Positions 51,664 to 63,388 of a stretch of DNA of 63,748 nucleotides are shown piece after piece; position 1 is the first letter of the stretch, and every line of letters begins with the position of its first letter. Position numbers and translations under genes: made by a program. Below the pieces are notes generated by a model. That model ran no database searches. It was not told the DNA's origin and saw only the letters and a list, made by a program, of their open reading frames with translations. This stretch comes from Octopus bimaculoides (lineage: Eukaryota): assembly GCF_001194135.2 (NCBI RefSeq), contig NC_068991.1, positions 56,193,354 to 56,257,101 of the forward strand. Reading direction: 5' to 3'.

Positions 51664-52098
51664 GTCTTTCTACTATAGGAACAAGGCCTGAGATTTTGGA
51701 GGAGGTGAGGGTTAGTCCATTACATTGACCTCAGTGGTCAACTGGTATTTATTTCATCAACTCCCAAAAGAATGAAAGGCAAATTGACCTCAATAGCATT
51801 TGAACTCAGAATGTAAGGATGAATGAAATGCTACTGAGCATTTTCCCCAGCATGCTAATAATTCTGGCAGTTTGCTGCCTTATAATAATAATCCTTTCTA
51901 CTATAGGTGCAAAGCCTGAAAATGTAGAGGAGAGGACTAGTTGATTACATCAACCCCAGTGTCTCACTGGTACTTAATTTATTGACCCTGAAAGGACGAC
52001 AGGCAAAGTCAACCTTGGCAGAATTTGAACTCAGGGCATAAAGTTGGATGAAATACCGCTAAGCATTTTGTCCAGTATGCTAACGATTCTGCCAGCTC
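51664..52098 (-). mobile_element. Two tandem family B SINEs (about 51664-51881 and 51892-52098) joined by (TAA)n; other copies about 28938-29110, 32365-32612, 41683-41870, 55590-55798 (all -)
   Basis: Two consecutive cctttctactatagg...aaggcctga...tttgaactcaga...ctgccagc units separated by taataataat. Confidence 0.8.
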
Positions 52099-52104
52099 AA
52101 AGCA

Positions 52105-52440
52105 GGTGCAGGAGTGGCTGTGTGGTAAGTAGCTTGCTTACCAACCACATGGTTCTGGGTTGAGTCCCACTGCGTGGCACCTTGGGCAAGTGTCTTCTAC
52201 TATAGCCTCGGGCCGACCAAAGCCTTGCGAGTGGCTTTGGTAGACGGAAACTGAAAGAAGCCGATAATATATATATGTGCGAGTGTGTTTACATCCCCGT
52301 AACTTAGCGGTTCGGCAAAAGAGACCGATAGAATAAGTACTAGGCTTACAAAGAATAAGTCCTGGGGTCGATTTGCTCGACTAAAGGTGGTGCTCCAGCA
52401 TGGCTGCAGTCAAATGGCTGAAACACGTAAAAGAGTAAAG
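52105..52440 (+). mobile_element. SINE family A, near full-length young copy (tRNA-like head, CORE-like block, internal TA/TG tract, (AAGAGTA)-type tail)
   Basis: ggtgcaggagtggctgtgtggtaag...gggttgagtcccactgcgtggcaccttgggcaagtgtcttc...aaacacgtaaaagagtaaag; possible 6-bp TSD aaagca (52099-52104, 52437-52442); >20 related copies or fragments in the window. Confidence 0.85.
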
Positions 52441-52840
52441 CAATATAATGTTAATGAATTAGCCTCTGGTTTCTGTCTTTTGAAGTAGTAGGTTCACTCG
52501 TTTTGATACAAAAGAAAGGTTTCATTTGAAAAGACCTTTGACAGTGTAGCAATAAACTTTCCAAAATAGAACGAAGAGAAAGAAAAGCAAAGAAAGATGA
52601 AAAGATCACTTCGAAAAATCAATATAAAAATCTCAAAAGACCAGGTGGAGAGAGGGGAGAGGCTGGCTAAAATGATGTAATGTTTACTGAATAAAAGACC
52701 TTAAAATTGTGGGTTTTGTGTTAATTTATAAATTGATAATCGACAATAGAATGTCTATTGTAAAAGAGTGTCATGTCAACACAAGGTAGATTGGTGTGGT
52801 TTGTAGAAAGTAAAACCAAAGGGTTGTAAGATCGATTCCA

Positions 52841-53519
52841 TTTTACTCTTTTACTTGTTTCAGTTATTTGACTGCAGCCATGCTGGAGCACCGCCTTTAG
52901 TCGACCAAATCGACTCCAAGACTTATTCTTTGTAAGCCTAGTACTTATTCTATTGGTCTCTTTTGCTGAACCGCTAAGTTACGGGGCATAAACACACCAG
53001 TATCGGTTGTCAAGCGATGTTGTGGGGGACAAACACAGACATGCAAACATACACACACACACACANNNNNNNNNNNNNNNNNNNNNNNNNNNNNNNNNNN
53101 NNNNNNNNNNNNNNNNNNNNNNNNNNNNNNNNNNNNNNNNNNNNNNNNNNNNNNNNNNNNNNNNNNNNNNNNNNNNNNNNNNNNNNNNNNNNNNNNNNNN
53201 NNNNNNNNNNNNNNNNNNNNNNNNNNNNNNNNNNNNNNNNNNNNNNNNNNNNNNNNNNNNNNNNNNNNNNNNNNNNNNNNNNNNNNNNNNNNNNNNNNNN
53301 NNNNNNNNNNNNNNNNNNNNNNNNNNNNNNNNNNNNNNNNNNNNNNNNNNNNNNNNNNNNNNNNNNNNNNNNNNNNNNNNNNNNNNNNNNNNNNNNNNNN
53401 NNNNNNNNNNNNNNNAGGCTATAGTAGAAGACACTTGCCCAAGGTGCCATGCAGTGGGACTGAACCTGGAACCATGTGGTTGGTAAGCAAGCTACTTACC
53501 ACACAGCCACTCCTGCACC
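52841..53519 (-). mobile_element. SINE family A, young copy with N-gap in its internal microsatellite
   Basis: Reverse complement of the 52105 copy, including the subfamily-diagnostic head agtagcttgcttaccaacc. Confidence 0.85.
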
Positions 53520-54021
53520 ATTTGGTAATGATTCCATTGTTACCAGATGGAATCTGGTACAACTACCACTACACCAACAACAATAGTACCGCCACCACTG
53601 AGTCGCCCACATCCATTGTTCATAGTAAAAGAGCAACATTGTATGTCACTCCATTCCAGACACAAAAACAGAAGCTATCAGAAGTTTGATGTAATTTATT
53701 CTGATAGGCATATGTGTGGTTGTGCAATTAAGAAGATTGCTTCCCAAACACATGGTCTTGGATATGGTCCCACTGTGTGCCTGGGTCAATCCAAAACTTG
53801 TCGGTAGATGGAAACTGAAACTGTGTGTGTGAGAATGTATGTCTCTACGTTCTGACATCATGTGATTGTTGTAAATGAATGTCACTCATTTCTCATAGTC
53901 TACAAAAACATGCCTGGCCATGGGAACAATATAACCTTGCTTTGGAACAAGTAAGGATTAGTAACAGGAAGAGCACTTGGTCATAGAAAATCTGCCTCAA
54001 TAAACTTTGTTCAACTCAAAC

Positions 54022-54265
54022 AAGCATGCAAAAGTAGACATTAATATTATGATGATGACAATGATGACCATGGACCATATTTGTGGCACAACTTCTCTTA
54101 GTCTCCTTGATCAGGGGGTCATCCAACGAAGTAGGTTTTAACAAAGCATGCAAAAGTAGACATTAATATTATGATGATGACAATGATGACCATGGACCAT
54201 ATTTGTGGCACAACTTCCCTTAGTCTCCTTGATCAGGGGGTCATCCAAGGAAGTAGGTTTTAACA
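54022..54265 (+). repeat. 122-bp direct tandem duplication (2 mismatches seen)
   Basis: aagcatgcaaaagtagacatt...gtaggttttaaca occurs at 54022-54143 and 54144-54265. Confidence 0.9.
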
Positions 54266-54974
54266 ATACAAAAAGCTTTTGTTCCACTTTATTAGAGTCA
54301 AGTAAGGCCTTTGACTAGAAATTACATTCACATGCACATAACTCTTGTTCCAAAATCAAGAAGGACTTTGCCATGGAAAGTGTGTTAGCTGTTTGCCTCT
54401 GGCTACCCACTAACCCAATTGATTAAGGGCGTGAACAGGGAGGAAAACAAGCAAACAAACAAAAAAAACACATTTCATATTTACTATAAAAGTGTGAGTG
54501 TCAAAGGGAGGGGGCCCACAGCCAACAGATAGGTAGGTGTTAAACCTTTGACTTAAGAATCTTTTAACAGAGAATTTCTAGATAAAGATAGGCTCCACAC
54601 ACACAAAGATAGCATATCTCTTGCGGGGACTCAATGTTGTAGATCAAGTTAGTTCGCTGCAACTTATACGCCTTTATATACCAGCATGCTGGGATCGCAA
54701 CGCAGCTTATTTTGGTGACCTTACTTGTTTGCAGGAAGTATTATGATATATTTTCTTCTTCTTCTTCTACCATCCCCGCCCCAGCCCTCACCAACCAGAT
54801 CATATCACCATCATTATCATTGTAGCTAACAGAGTTACCAAATCTTAGTTTGCCATGCTCCAAGTGTCTTCAATGTACTTAAATCACTAAGATTCTGTTT
54901 GTCATTTTCTGTGTCTGTATCTCTTCAATATATCTACATCTGCCCTTTGACAAACAGCCTTTAACCCCTTGGCA

Positions 54975-55300
54975 TTCGCTTTCACCACCACCACCACTGC
55001 AGCCTCTACCATTTCCTCTTAACCCAGCTGCCACCACCATCACCACATCATCAACAACAGCAGCAGCGGCTCATCAATACTATATCCCAGCCAACCACAA
55101 CTGCAGCTGATAATATTATAACTAATAAAACCACTACTTCACTTACTACAAATGCTACTACTACCACAACTATACTACTACTATCATACAATTACCACCA
55201 CTACTGCCATTACACTACCACAATCCCCCACTACCACCACACCAGTAACAGCAGCAGCAGCAGTGACAACACTACCACCATTACCACTAATCCCCCCTCC
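54975..55300. repeat. Low-complexity mosaic of (CAC)/(TAC)/(CAG)/(CAA) trinucleotides; similar tracts at 42500-42830 and 43050-43225 (GA-rich)
   Basis: Direct reading; no splice-bounded exon or domain signature. Confidence 0.7.
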
Positions 55301-55819
55301 CTGCCAGTGCCTCCATCATTTGTAGTGGGGGAGCAAGTTGTATGTAACCCCATTCCTGACACGAAAACAATCTAAACTGGTCCACTGACATTGCTACAGA
55401 CAAAAGCTGGTCAGAAACAAGGCTGTGATGGATCAATAAATTTACTCTACACAACATCATCTCTAAAAGGTTGAGGTATTAGTTTACGATAACACAGATT
55501 TAATGTCAGGGAAAAACAACAGAAACTCCACACATTTGGAGGTAAAACACACAGTATAATCAAAATGACTGACACAGATATTGTTTTAAAATTTCAACAC
55601 AATGTCAGCAAGTTCACAGGAGGGGGTGATTCAATTGTAGTGACCCCAGTGCTCAACTGGTACTTATTTTATTGACCCATGAAAGGATGAAAGGCAAAAT
55701 CAACCTTGGTGCAATTTGAACTCAGAATGTAAAGACGGATGAAATACTGTAAAGTATTTTACCCAGCGTGCAAATGATTCTGCCAGCTTGCTATCTTAAT
55801 AGTAATAATAATAATAATA

Positions 55820-56115
55820 ATAATCATCATCATCGTTTAACGTCCGCTTTCCATGCTAGCATGGGTTGGACGATTTGACTGAGGACTGGTGAAACCGGAT
55901 GGCTACACCAGGCTCCAATCTGATTTGCCAGAGTTTCTACAGCTGGATGCCCTTCCTAACGCCAACCACTCAGAGAGTGTAGTCGGTGCTTTTACGTACC
56001 ACCGGCACGAAGGCCAGTCAGGCGGTACTGGCAACGGCCACGCTCAAAATGGTGTATTTTATGTGCCATTTGCACAAGAGCCAGTCCAGGGGCACTGGCA
56101 ACGATCTCGCTCGAA
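55820..56115 (-). mobile_element. Repeat family C (ends ...catggaaagcggacgttaaacgatgatgat; contains GGCGTTAGGAAGGGCATCCAGC and a 5' minisatellite); other copies about 2028-2287 (-), 10745-10930 (+), 14540-14720 (+), 21175-21420 (-), 25718-25910 (-), 36960-37200 (-), 45770-46060 (-), 58920-59318 (+)
   Basis: Recurrent catcatcgtttaacgtccg...ggatgcccttcctaacgccaaccac block; (GAT)n tail suggests a SINE or LINE-dependent element. Confidence 0.75.
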
Positions 56116-56120
56116 AATCC

Positions 56121-56623
56121 TTCGAATAATAGGGACGGCAAAAATCCTCTGGGACCTTAACTTCCAGACAGGCAAGGTATTAGAGCACCAAAGGCCAGAT
56201 ATAGTAACCTTTAGGAGCGACAAACAAGAGTGCCTAATAATTGATGTGGCAGTGCCAGGAGATCAACATAGCACCATGAAAGAAAAAGAAAAGGTTAATA
56301 AATACGGAGACCTGAGAATTGAGATTGCTAAGGTGTGGCAGCAACGAGATTCAAACAAAGTTTATCCCTATTGTCATCGGAGCATTGGGTTCAATACCAC
56401 CCAATCTGAAAAATAAAACATCTGAGATCTTTAGAAATACCCTACAATCTAGGTGTATTGCAAAAGTCGGCATGACTTGGAACTGTATGCTTATTGCGTA
56501 AAGTATTGTCCGTCTGAGGTCCTTGTTGTGACATGACAGACAGTACCCCCCACCCCCGTAGACTATCTTCAATCAACAACCTCACGATATTGTATACTGT
56601 GTGACGTCTATAATAATAATAAT
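56121..56623 (+). mobile_element. 5'-truncated, frameshifted non-LTR retrotransposon with restriction-like endonuclease (R4/Dong-like) and (TAA)n tail
   Basis: ILWDLNFQTGKVLEHQRPDIVTF...CLIIDVAVPGD...KEKEKVNKYGDL...W then, after a frameshift, IPIVIGALGSIP: PD-(D/E)xK RLE domain layout of R4-clade elements; ends ctataataataat. Confidence 0.8.
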
Positions 56624-56684
56624 GATAACAAACAACTATTATTATTATTATAATATCAGGAGAAATATGAACTAACAAATATAA

Positions 56685-56736
<52 letters not shown>

Positions 56737-56993
56737 ATGAAAAAAATTGTTAAATTTGTATCTAATTTTTGAAATATTCACTGTTTCCCCAGGAGAACCG
56801 AATTTTAAAAAGGAAATTGAATATTGAGTTTGTCATTAATTCTCTTTATGCAGACGAAGCAATAATTAACTGTAATTCCTGAAATCTATCTTAGTACAAG
56901 TGCCTCAAAATGGCAGTTGTGTTGTAATTGTATGAATGAATGAATGAATGAATGAATGAACAATGTTCGTTAATTTAACTTGTTAACTAAAAT

Positions 56994-57024
<31 letters not shown>

Positions 57025-57435
57025 TGCCAAAATGTACAAGCATATTACGTACAAACCAATGATGGGGGTGTCAATGAGGTCACTTCACCTGCTAGAAACA
57101 GTACAGATATCTCACTCAAATTATACCCAGTTGCCTTAAAGCAGAGGAGATATATTGGATAATGTACTCCTAGATACATTATGACGACACAACAAAAAAA
57201 AAGAAAAAGTAACCATGGGATGTAATAGTTGAAATGTCTGATACGGAACTTAACAAGCATGCATGTATACACACAAGTGAACAGAGGCACCATTGCATGG
57301 TTATTCAACCTGTTAGAAATAGCAACCAACATTTCCTATAAATCTCACGGCAATTTCTTAAACACTTACAAAATATAAAAATATGTATATATAGGCCAAT
57401 GTACTACTGTTTATATATAAATACACACACACACA

Positions 57436-57479
<44 letters not shown>

Positions 57480-59769
57480 NNNNNNNNNNNNNNNNNNNNN
57501 NNNNNNNNNNNNNNNNNNNNNNNNNNNNNNNNNNNNNNNNNNNNNNNNNNNNNNNNNNNNNNNNNNNNNNNNNNNNNNNNNNNNNNNNNNNNNNNNNNNN
57601 NNNNNNNNNNNNNNNNNNNNNNNNNNNNNNNNNNNNNNNNNNNNNNNNNNNNNNNNNNNNNNNNNNNNNNNNNNNNNNNNNNNNNNNNNNNNNNNNNNNN
57701 NNNNNNNNNNNNNNNNNNNNNNNNNNNNNNNNNNNNNNNNNNNNNNNNNNNNNNNNNNNNNNNNNNNNNNNNNNNNNNNNNNNNNNNNNNNNNNNNNNNN
57801 NNNNNNNNNNNNNNNNNNNNNNNNNNNNNNNNNNNNNNNNNNNNNNNNNNNNNNNNNNNNNNNNNNNNNNNNNNNNNNNNNNNNNNNNNNNNNNNNNNNN
57901 NNNNNNNNNNNNNNNNNNNNNNNNNNNNNNNNNNNNNNNNNNNNNNNNNNNNNNNNNNNNNNNNNNNNNNNNNNNNNNNNNNNNNNNNNNNNNNNNNNNN
58001 NNNNNNNNNNNNNNNNNNNNNNNNNNNNNNNNNNNNNNNNNNNNNNNNNNNNNNNNNNNNNNNNNNNNNNNNNNNNNNNNNNNNNNNNNNNNNNNNNNNN
58101 NNNNNNNNNNNNNNNNNNNNNNNNNNNNNNNNNNNNNNNNNNNNNNNNNNNNNNNNNNNNNNNNNNNNNNNNNNNNNNNNNNNNNNNNNNNNNNNNNNNN
58201 NNNNNNNNNNNNNNNNNNNNNNNNNNNNNNNNNNNNNNNNNNNNNNNNNNNNNNNNNNNNNNNNNNNNACTTAAGTGTTCCTTTCAAATATATAAACACA
58301 CAAAGATGCAAGAAAACAAGAGGCGGGTGAATGATAAAACTCAGGGTATGGCCTACAGGCTTCAGACACAACCCACACAGCCACACATTGAATGAAAAAA
58401 AAAAAGAAAAAGAAAAAGTAGATCATTTATATTCGTCAGTACAGTACTGAGTTTTAGTGAAAGATGTGACTGAAGGAGCTCCAAACATAGAATTTGGGAA
58501 GAAAAGAAACAGGAACAAAAAATAAAAAAAAGAAAGAAAGAGAAGCTAAAATCTCACATCATTTGTATATCATTTTGTATGGATGTAGGCAAAAAGTAGA
58601 ATGTGCGACAAGAGAGTTGATTTGTTGTAGTGTAATTCAGATAAATCTGTATGTAATTGGGCCTTGCAGTAAAACAACATTAATGTCAGAATCAATTAAT
58701 TGTGGCTGCCAGGTACAATGTTGGAGAGGAATAATGGAATAGGAGTAGTTTTATTACTAGGGTCCTTATTCACACAACAAAACTTCTTCAGTCTTTTTTA
58801 TCCTTTTTCTCCTGGAACTGATATCAAAACAACACTTCTTACAATGAAGAATTCTTAAGGGGACACAAATCAAAACAAAACTTGCATGAGAGAAATAGTA
58901 AATTACCACCCATACAGCCATAACCATTTCCTTTGATGCTTCATAAAAAGCACCCATGCTGGTACCACATATAAAGTACCTGTGCTGGCGGCACCTATGA
59001 AGCGCCCATATTGGTGCCATGCAAGAAGCTCCTGCGCTGATGTCATGTAAAAAGCATCTGTGCTGGCGTCACATAAAAAGTTCCCACGTTGACACCATAT
59101 CAGGACCTTCTGTGCTGGTGCCTTTAAAGAAGATCTCATGATAGTGCCATGTAAAAGAGCACCCAATACACTTTGTCAAGTGGTTGGTGTTAGGAAGGGC
59201 ATCCAGCCATAGAAATCATAACAAAACAAACAATTAGAGCAGTGCTTCAGCTGGTCAGCTCTTGTAAAACTGTCCAACCCAAGCCAACATGGACAATGGA
59301 TGTTAAATGATGATGCTGATGCCAAAAGAGTTAACTTTTTTGTTGGGGAAAGAAGCACAGCTAAACAAACAATGCTGCTAATATTACTGGTAGTTATTTT
59401 GGTGTGTGTGTGTGTGTGTAGGCAGTGCTGGATTAAACATTAAGCAAAATAAGCACATGCTTAGGACATCAAGGGAAGGCACCACAGAAATGGTGAAGCA
59501 TTAGTCCAGACACAGTAATAGAAGGAATGTGAATCTGGCCAAAAAAATTAACCCACCGTCTGAAAATATGGGAAATTAGTTTCTCAAAGACATAAACTGA
59601 AAGCAAATATATCTGAGAGAGATACATTGGTTTGTTTGATGAACAACTCTCTAATAACGTGACCCTAATGTGAGGGTCGTGAATATAGACAGTTATGGCA
59701 AAGATATACGAGTTGAAAAAGAGAAAGGGATTTAAAAAAAAGGAAGTAAAAAAAGGTAAGAAATCTTAC

Positions 59770-59907
59770 AGTTGATGTAAATTTAATCCAGCGTGGAATG
59801 TTCCAGTAGTTATATTATAAATATGATTAAAATTCAAGTCCAACATTCGTAATTTTGGTAAGCCATTTAACACTCTGGAATCAATAGACCTGATCCAATT
59901 GTGGTGC
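59770..59907 (-). CDS. LRIG: LRIG exon (first visible), 138 bp, phase 2-2: HHNWIRSIDSRVLNGLPKLRMLDLNFNHIYNITTGTFHAGLNLHQ(L)
   Basis: Acceptor tttccatttctag|G, donor CT|gtaaga; two LRR units; continues in frame into 38922. Confidence 0.93.
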
Positions 59908-60092
59908 CTAGAAATGGAAATAAAGAAAATGGTATTATGCAAAAGAGAAAACAAGAACTTGCGCATCAATAATATTAAATAGAATTCAGAATTATTCAAT
60001 TCTCAGAGTTATATAAACAGAAAATAAGATTTGTCATGTATTTTACGATAAAAGTGTTGAATAATTAATAGAATGAGAGTGAAGAATAAGCA

Positions 60093-60148
<56 letters not shown>

Positions 60149-60269
60149 GGAGAGAGGGAGAGAGGGAGAGAGAGAGAGAGAGAGAGAGAAGAGCTGGTGG
60201 TGATGGAGTAAGAAAGCACTTAAATTAATCTTTTGTCTTAAAACACAGAATCACAGTATTGACTAGACC

Positions 60270-60465
60270 ATCAGATGCTGTTAAACACTGGTCACAATGT
60301 GCTTCGAACTCTGTCTTGATTGTGTCATTCTTTCTCATCATGACCAAAATTATTTAACTAGGTCGTCTTCCCATCATTGTGGAGGCCTTCCAAGTGGTCT
60401 TTTCTGGTCCCTTGGATACAACTTGACAACTACATGGGTCCACCTGCTGTCTGTGTCATAAAAAT
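60270..60465 (-). mobile_element. RTE-clade LINE 3' fragment, decayed
   Basis: Minus strand YPRDQKRPLGRPPQ*WEDDLVK. Confidence 0.6.
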
Positions 60466-63388
60466 ATATTAGTAATTGTCCAGCCGAAAGTGGTTTACAT
60501 CAATGAAAAGCTCCATTTTTTAACAGAAGGCACATGGCGGAGTGGTTAGGGTATTGTATGCATGATTGTAAGTCTGTGGTTTCAGTTCCCGCATTGGATG
60601 GTGTATTGTGCTCTTGAGCAAAACACTTCATTTCACATTACTTTGTGATTAGGGTTACTGGTGACTGTGATTACTTCGACATCTGATGCATAGTACACTT
60701 GTACAAGCCATGTCAATTTGATGGAGGGAAGGAAAGAGTTAATGTAGAGCATAAAAAACATTTCATTACTATTAACAAATTATCTGTGGTTGCTCAGCAA
60801 GAAATTATGGAACCCTCGTCTGTTTCTTTATGACAGGAGAGACCACATAAAAAAAAAAAAAAAAGTAGTTTGCATTACACGAACTGAGGCATGGGTAAAT
60901 TGTGAGAAATATTGTGACAGTAGAGTATATATTTACTGATCTGGCCAAACACAAGCCATTTAACTGTGAAACAAAGGAATGATACCAGATTTTAGCAAAT
61001 AAGATTTGTAAGTTAGCAGAGCATGTAGCTTGTCTAGGGTGGAGGTTTTCTGACAAACACCAGCACTTTCTATCTACCAAATCCACTCACTAGGCTTCGG
61101 TCGGCCCAAGGCTATGAATTAAGTAACAGTGAAACATTGGGGTCAATGCAATTGGCTAGCCTCCTTCCCCAAAATTTCAGGCCTTGTGCCTATAATAGAA
61201 AGGACTATTATTATTATAATTACATGACTATATTTTGTTGTGTTGTAAGCTTGCTGGGCATGGAAATTTAAATAGTGCTTTCAGTAAGCCTACATGCATG
61301 GATGTATTGTCCCCTTATCTCCCAATACACCTATCCTTTTCCCTTAAATAGCTTGTAAACTTTAGAGAATTCTTGAATTTTGAGATTATCTCCTCTTCCT
61401 AAATGGAGCTGGTCTTTATTTCCATAATAATTTTAACTCAAGAATTTATGTTTGATATATCTGTATTTGTCTATGTGGTTCAAACATATGCTACTGGCCA
61501 CTCTGAGTTATTTCTCAGTTTATTGTCATGTATGTATATATGAACATATAAATAATGCAAAACTGTTAAATGAATTAGGTCTGTGTAGTAAGCTGTCAAG
61601 AATGGGTGAGGTGTATGTTAAGTTCCGAGATTAATAAAATAGGGGAAAGTGTTGTGAATAGACAGATGCCTTGAAAATAATTTTTAAATGTAAATGAAAA
61701 ATCATTAACATACACATACCAAAACAACAAAACAAAAAAAAAACAACAACAAAAGCAAAACAACACCTGCTAAGCTTTATATTCTAAATAAATCATGTAA
61801 TAAACCTCTGGAGTTAGTAAACAGTAAGGTTAGGTGGTCGTCACAGTATCAAAATATAATATGAAATTGTTGGTCATGTTAAGTACAGTGTGAGAGAGAG
61901 GGAGGGGGGTGAGAGAGATGAAAGTGAGAAAGGGTGACTGGCAGAAACATGGAAGTTAAGCTTGAGGCCTGCAGAGGAAGGCAAGTTGGCTTTGATAATG
62001 ACCCCTATCAGTGTCGGATTTAGACAGAATAATTAGTGTCTTTGTTAGGGCTATCTTAAAATAAGAATAACAGTAAGATGTTGGGGTGGGAGACTAGGTA
62101 GGGTAGGTGACTGTGGTGGTGGTTGGGGTGGGGAAGGGTGGGGGCATAAGGTAGTGATGTGGGGGATGGTAGGAGTAAGGGCACTTGCTGCCGCTATAAT
62201 TTCTATACTTGTGTCTTCACTTGAAGGGTTCTTAAGGATTTCAGGGACCAGGTGTTGCTGAAGAGAAACAAGGGCAAACTGAAGTTTAATTTAGTTGCAT
62301 TAGAACACACACGTGTTGTGTGTGTGCACGTGCATGTGTTAGGTGTATGCACATGTAAGATGCATGTGCGTTTGTGTGTGTGTCTTTGTGCTGGTGTTTG
62401 TCCCACAAACTACTTGACAACCAGTGTTGGTTTGTTAACATCACTGTTACTTGGCAGCTCAGCAAAAGAGACTGAGAGAATAAATATCAGACTTTAAAAA
62501 AAAAACAAAAAAAAAAACACTGGGGCTAATTTCAAGGTAGTGTCCCCACATCGCCACAGTCCATTGACTGAAACCAGCAAACAAGTACAATATCTTCCCC
62601 TTTTTTCTTTTCTTTTCTTTCCCACCCTATGTCCACCTGCATTCATATGTAAACAACAAACAAAACTACCCTTTTCAAAGTTCTTGCTTCAATCAATACA
62701 CCCATCTATTTAGTAGTTTGTAAGAATTCACAAGCACTGCCTCTAAATCTAGCAGAACTTTTTGATTGGTGTAGCATGATTAATATCCTGAAGTCAAAAC
62801 AACAAGTCAATCCTAAGAACATTAATGCAAAATTGTCTGAAGAAGTATGCATGTTGAATTCAGGGACTCCCCTAGAGTCCATGAATAATATTTAATAATA
62901 CCTTATGGATGTGGTGGGGTAGTCCCATAAAAATACATGTGCCGAAACATATGTAGCAATGCATTAATAAAAATATAAAAATCTCCATCTGTGAAATATT
63001 TATCGTTAATATATATTGTTGCTATTATGCAAAAGTGTCGTAAGTCCAAAATGTTGCCTTTTCAGAAAACGAAAAAAATAGTTTCACCATTCCACAGCAA
63101 AACTGTTGTACTACACTTTGACAATTTTTCATATCTTGACATCTGAAGCAGCTGGAAATACAATAGCTTGATCAAAAGAACTTGTTATTGCAAGCAAAAA
63201 TAAATATAGGGAAAAAGAAAAAAAAAATTTGGCCAAATTTGGACATACGACAGTTTAACATAATAGCAATGATATATATATGTTAATATTTGTTTTGGTT
63301 CAGTTATAATAAAAAAACAATTTTATGTTAAACTGATGGGTTACTCTGTACTTTTGTAAAGTACAATTTATTATCCTTAAGAATGTTG

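Larger units (their letters stand above)
6037..59907 (-). other. LRIG: LRIG-family gene (leucine-rich repeats and immunoglobulin-like domains protein; lambik-like), partial span: 13 exons visible, 5' exons (signal peptide, LRRNT, first LRRs) and 3' exons not found in the window
   Basis: Spliced translation gives LRRs - LRRCT (LLCDCHLAWL...CAHP...C) - 3 Ig domains - TM ([31 protein letters not shown]) - EEYSATPTDETTLP. This domain order and TM/juxtamembrane motif are characteristic of LRIG. All introns GT-AG with matching phases. Confidence 0.96.

Noticed and set aside
55889-56416. 175-aa ORF as a nested host gene
   Set aside because: Its N-half is antisense family C repeat and its C-half is a frameshifted LINE endonuclease fragment.
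829-58386. Long ORFs in the track made of X runs or dipeptide repeats (ERER, YIYI, CVCV, THTH)
   Set aside because: They run through N-gaps and microsatellites; no coding signal.
62900-62960. GCCGAAACATATGTAGC, resembling the 3' half of a Penelope hammerhead (palindromic ACATATGT, GUA site)
   Set aside because: No CUGANGA core or convincing stems I and II upstream.
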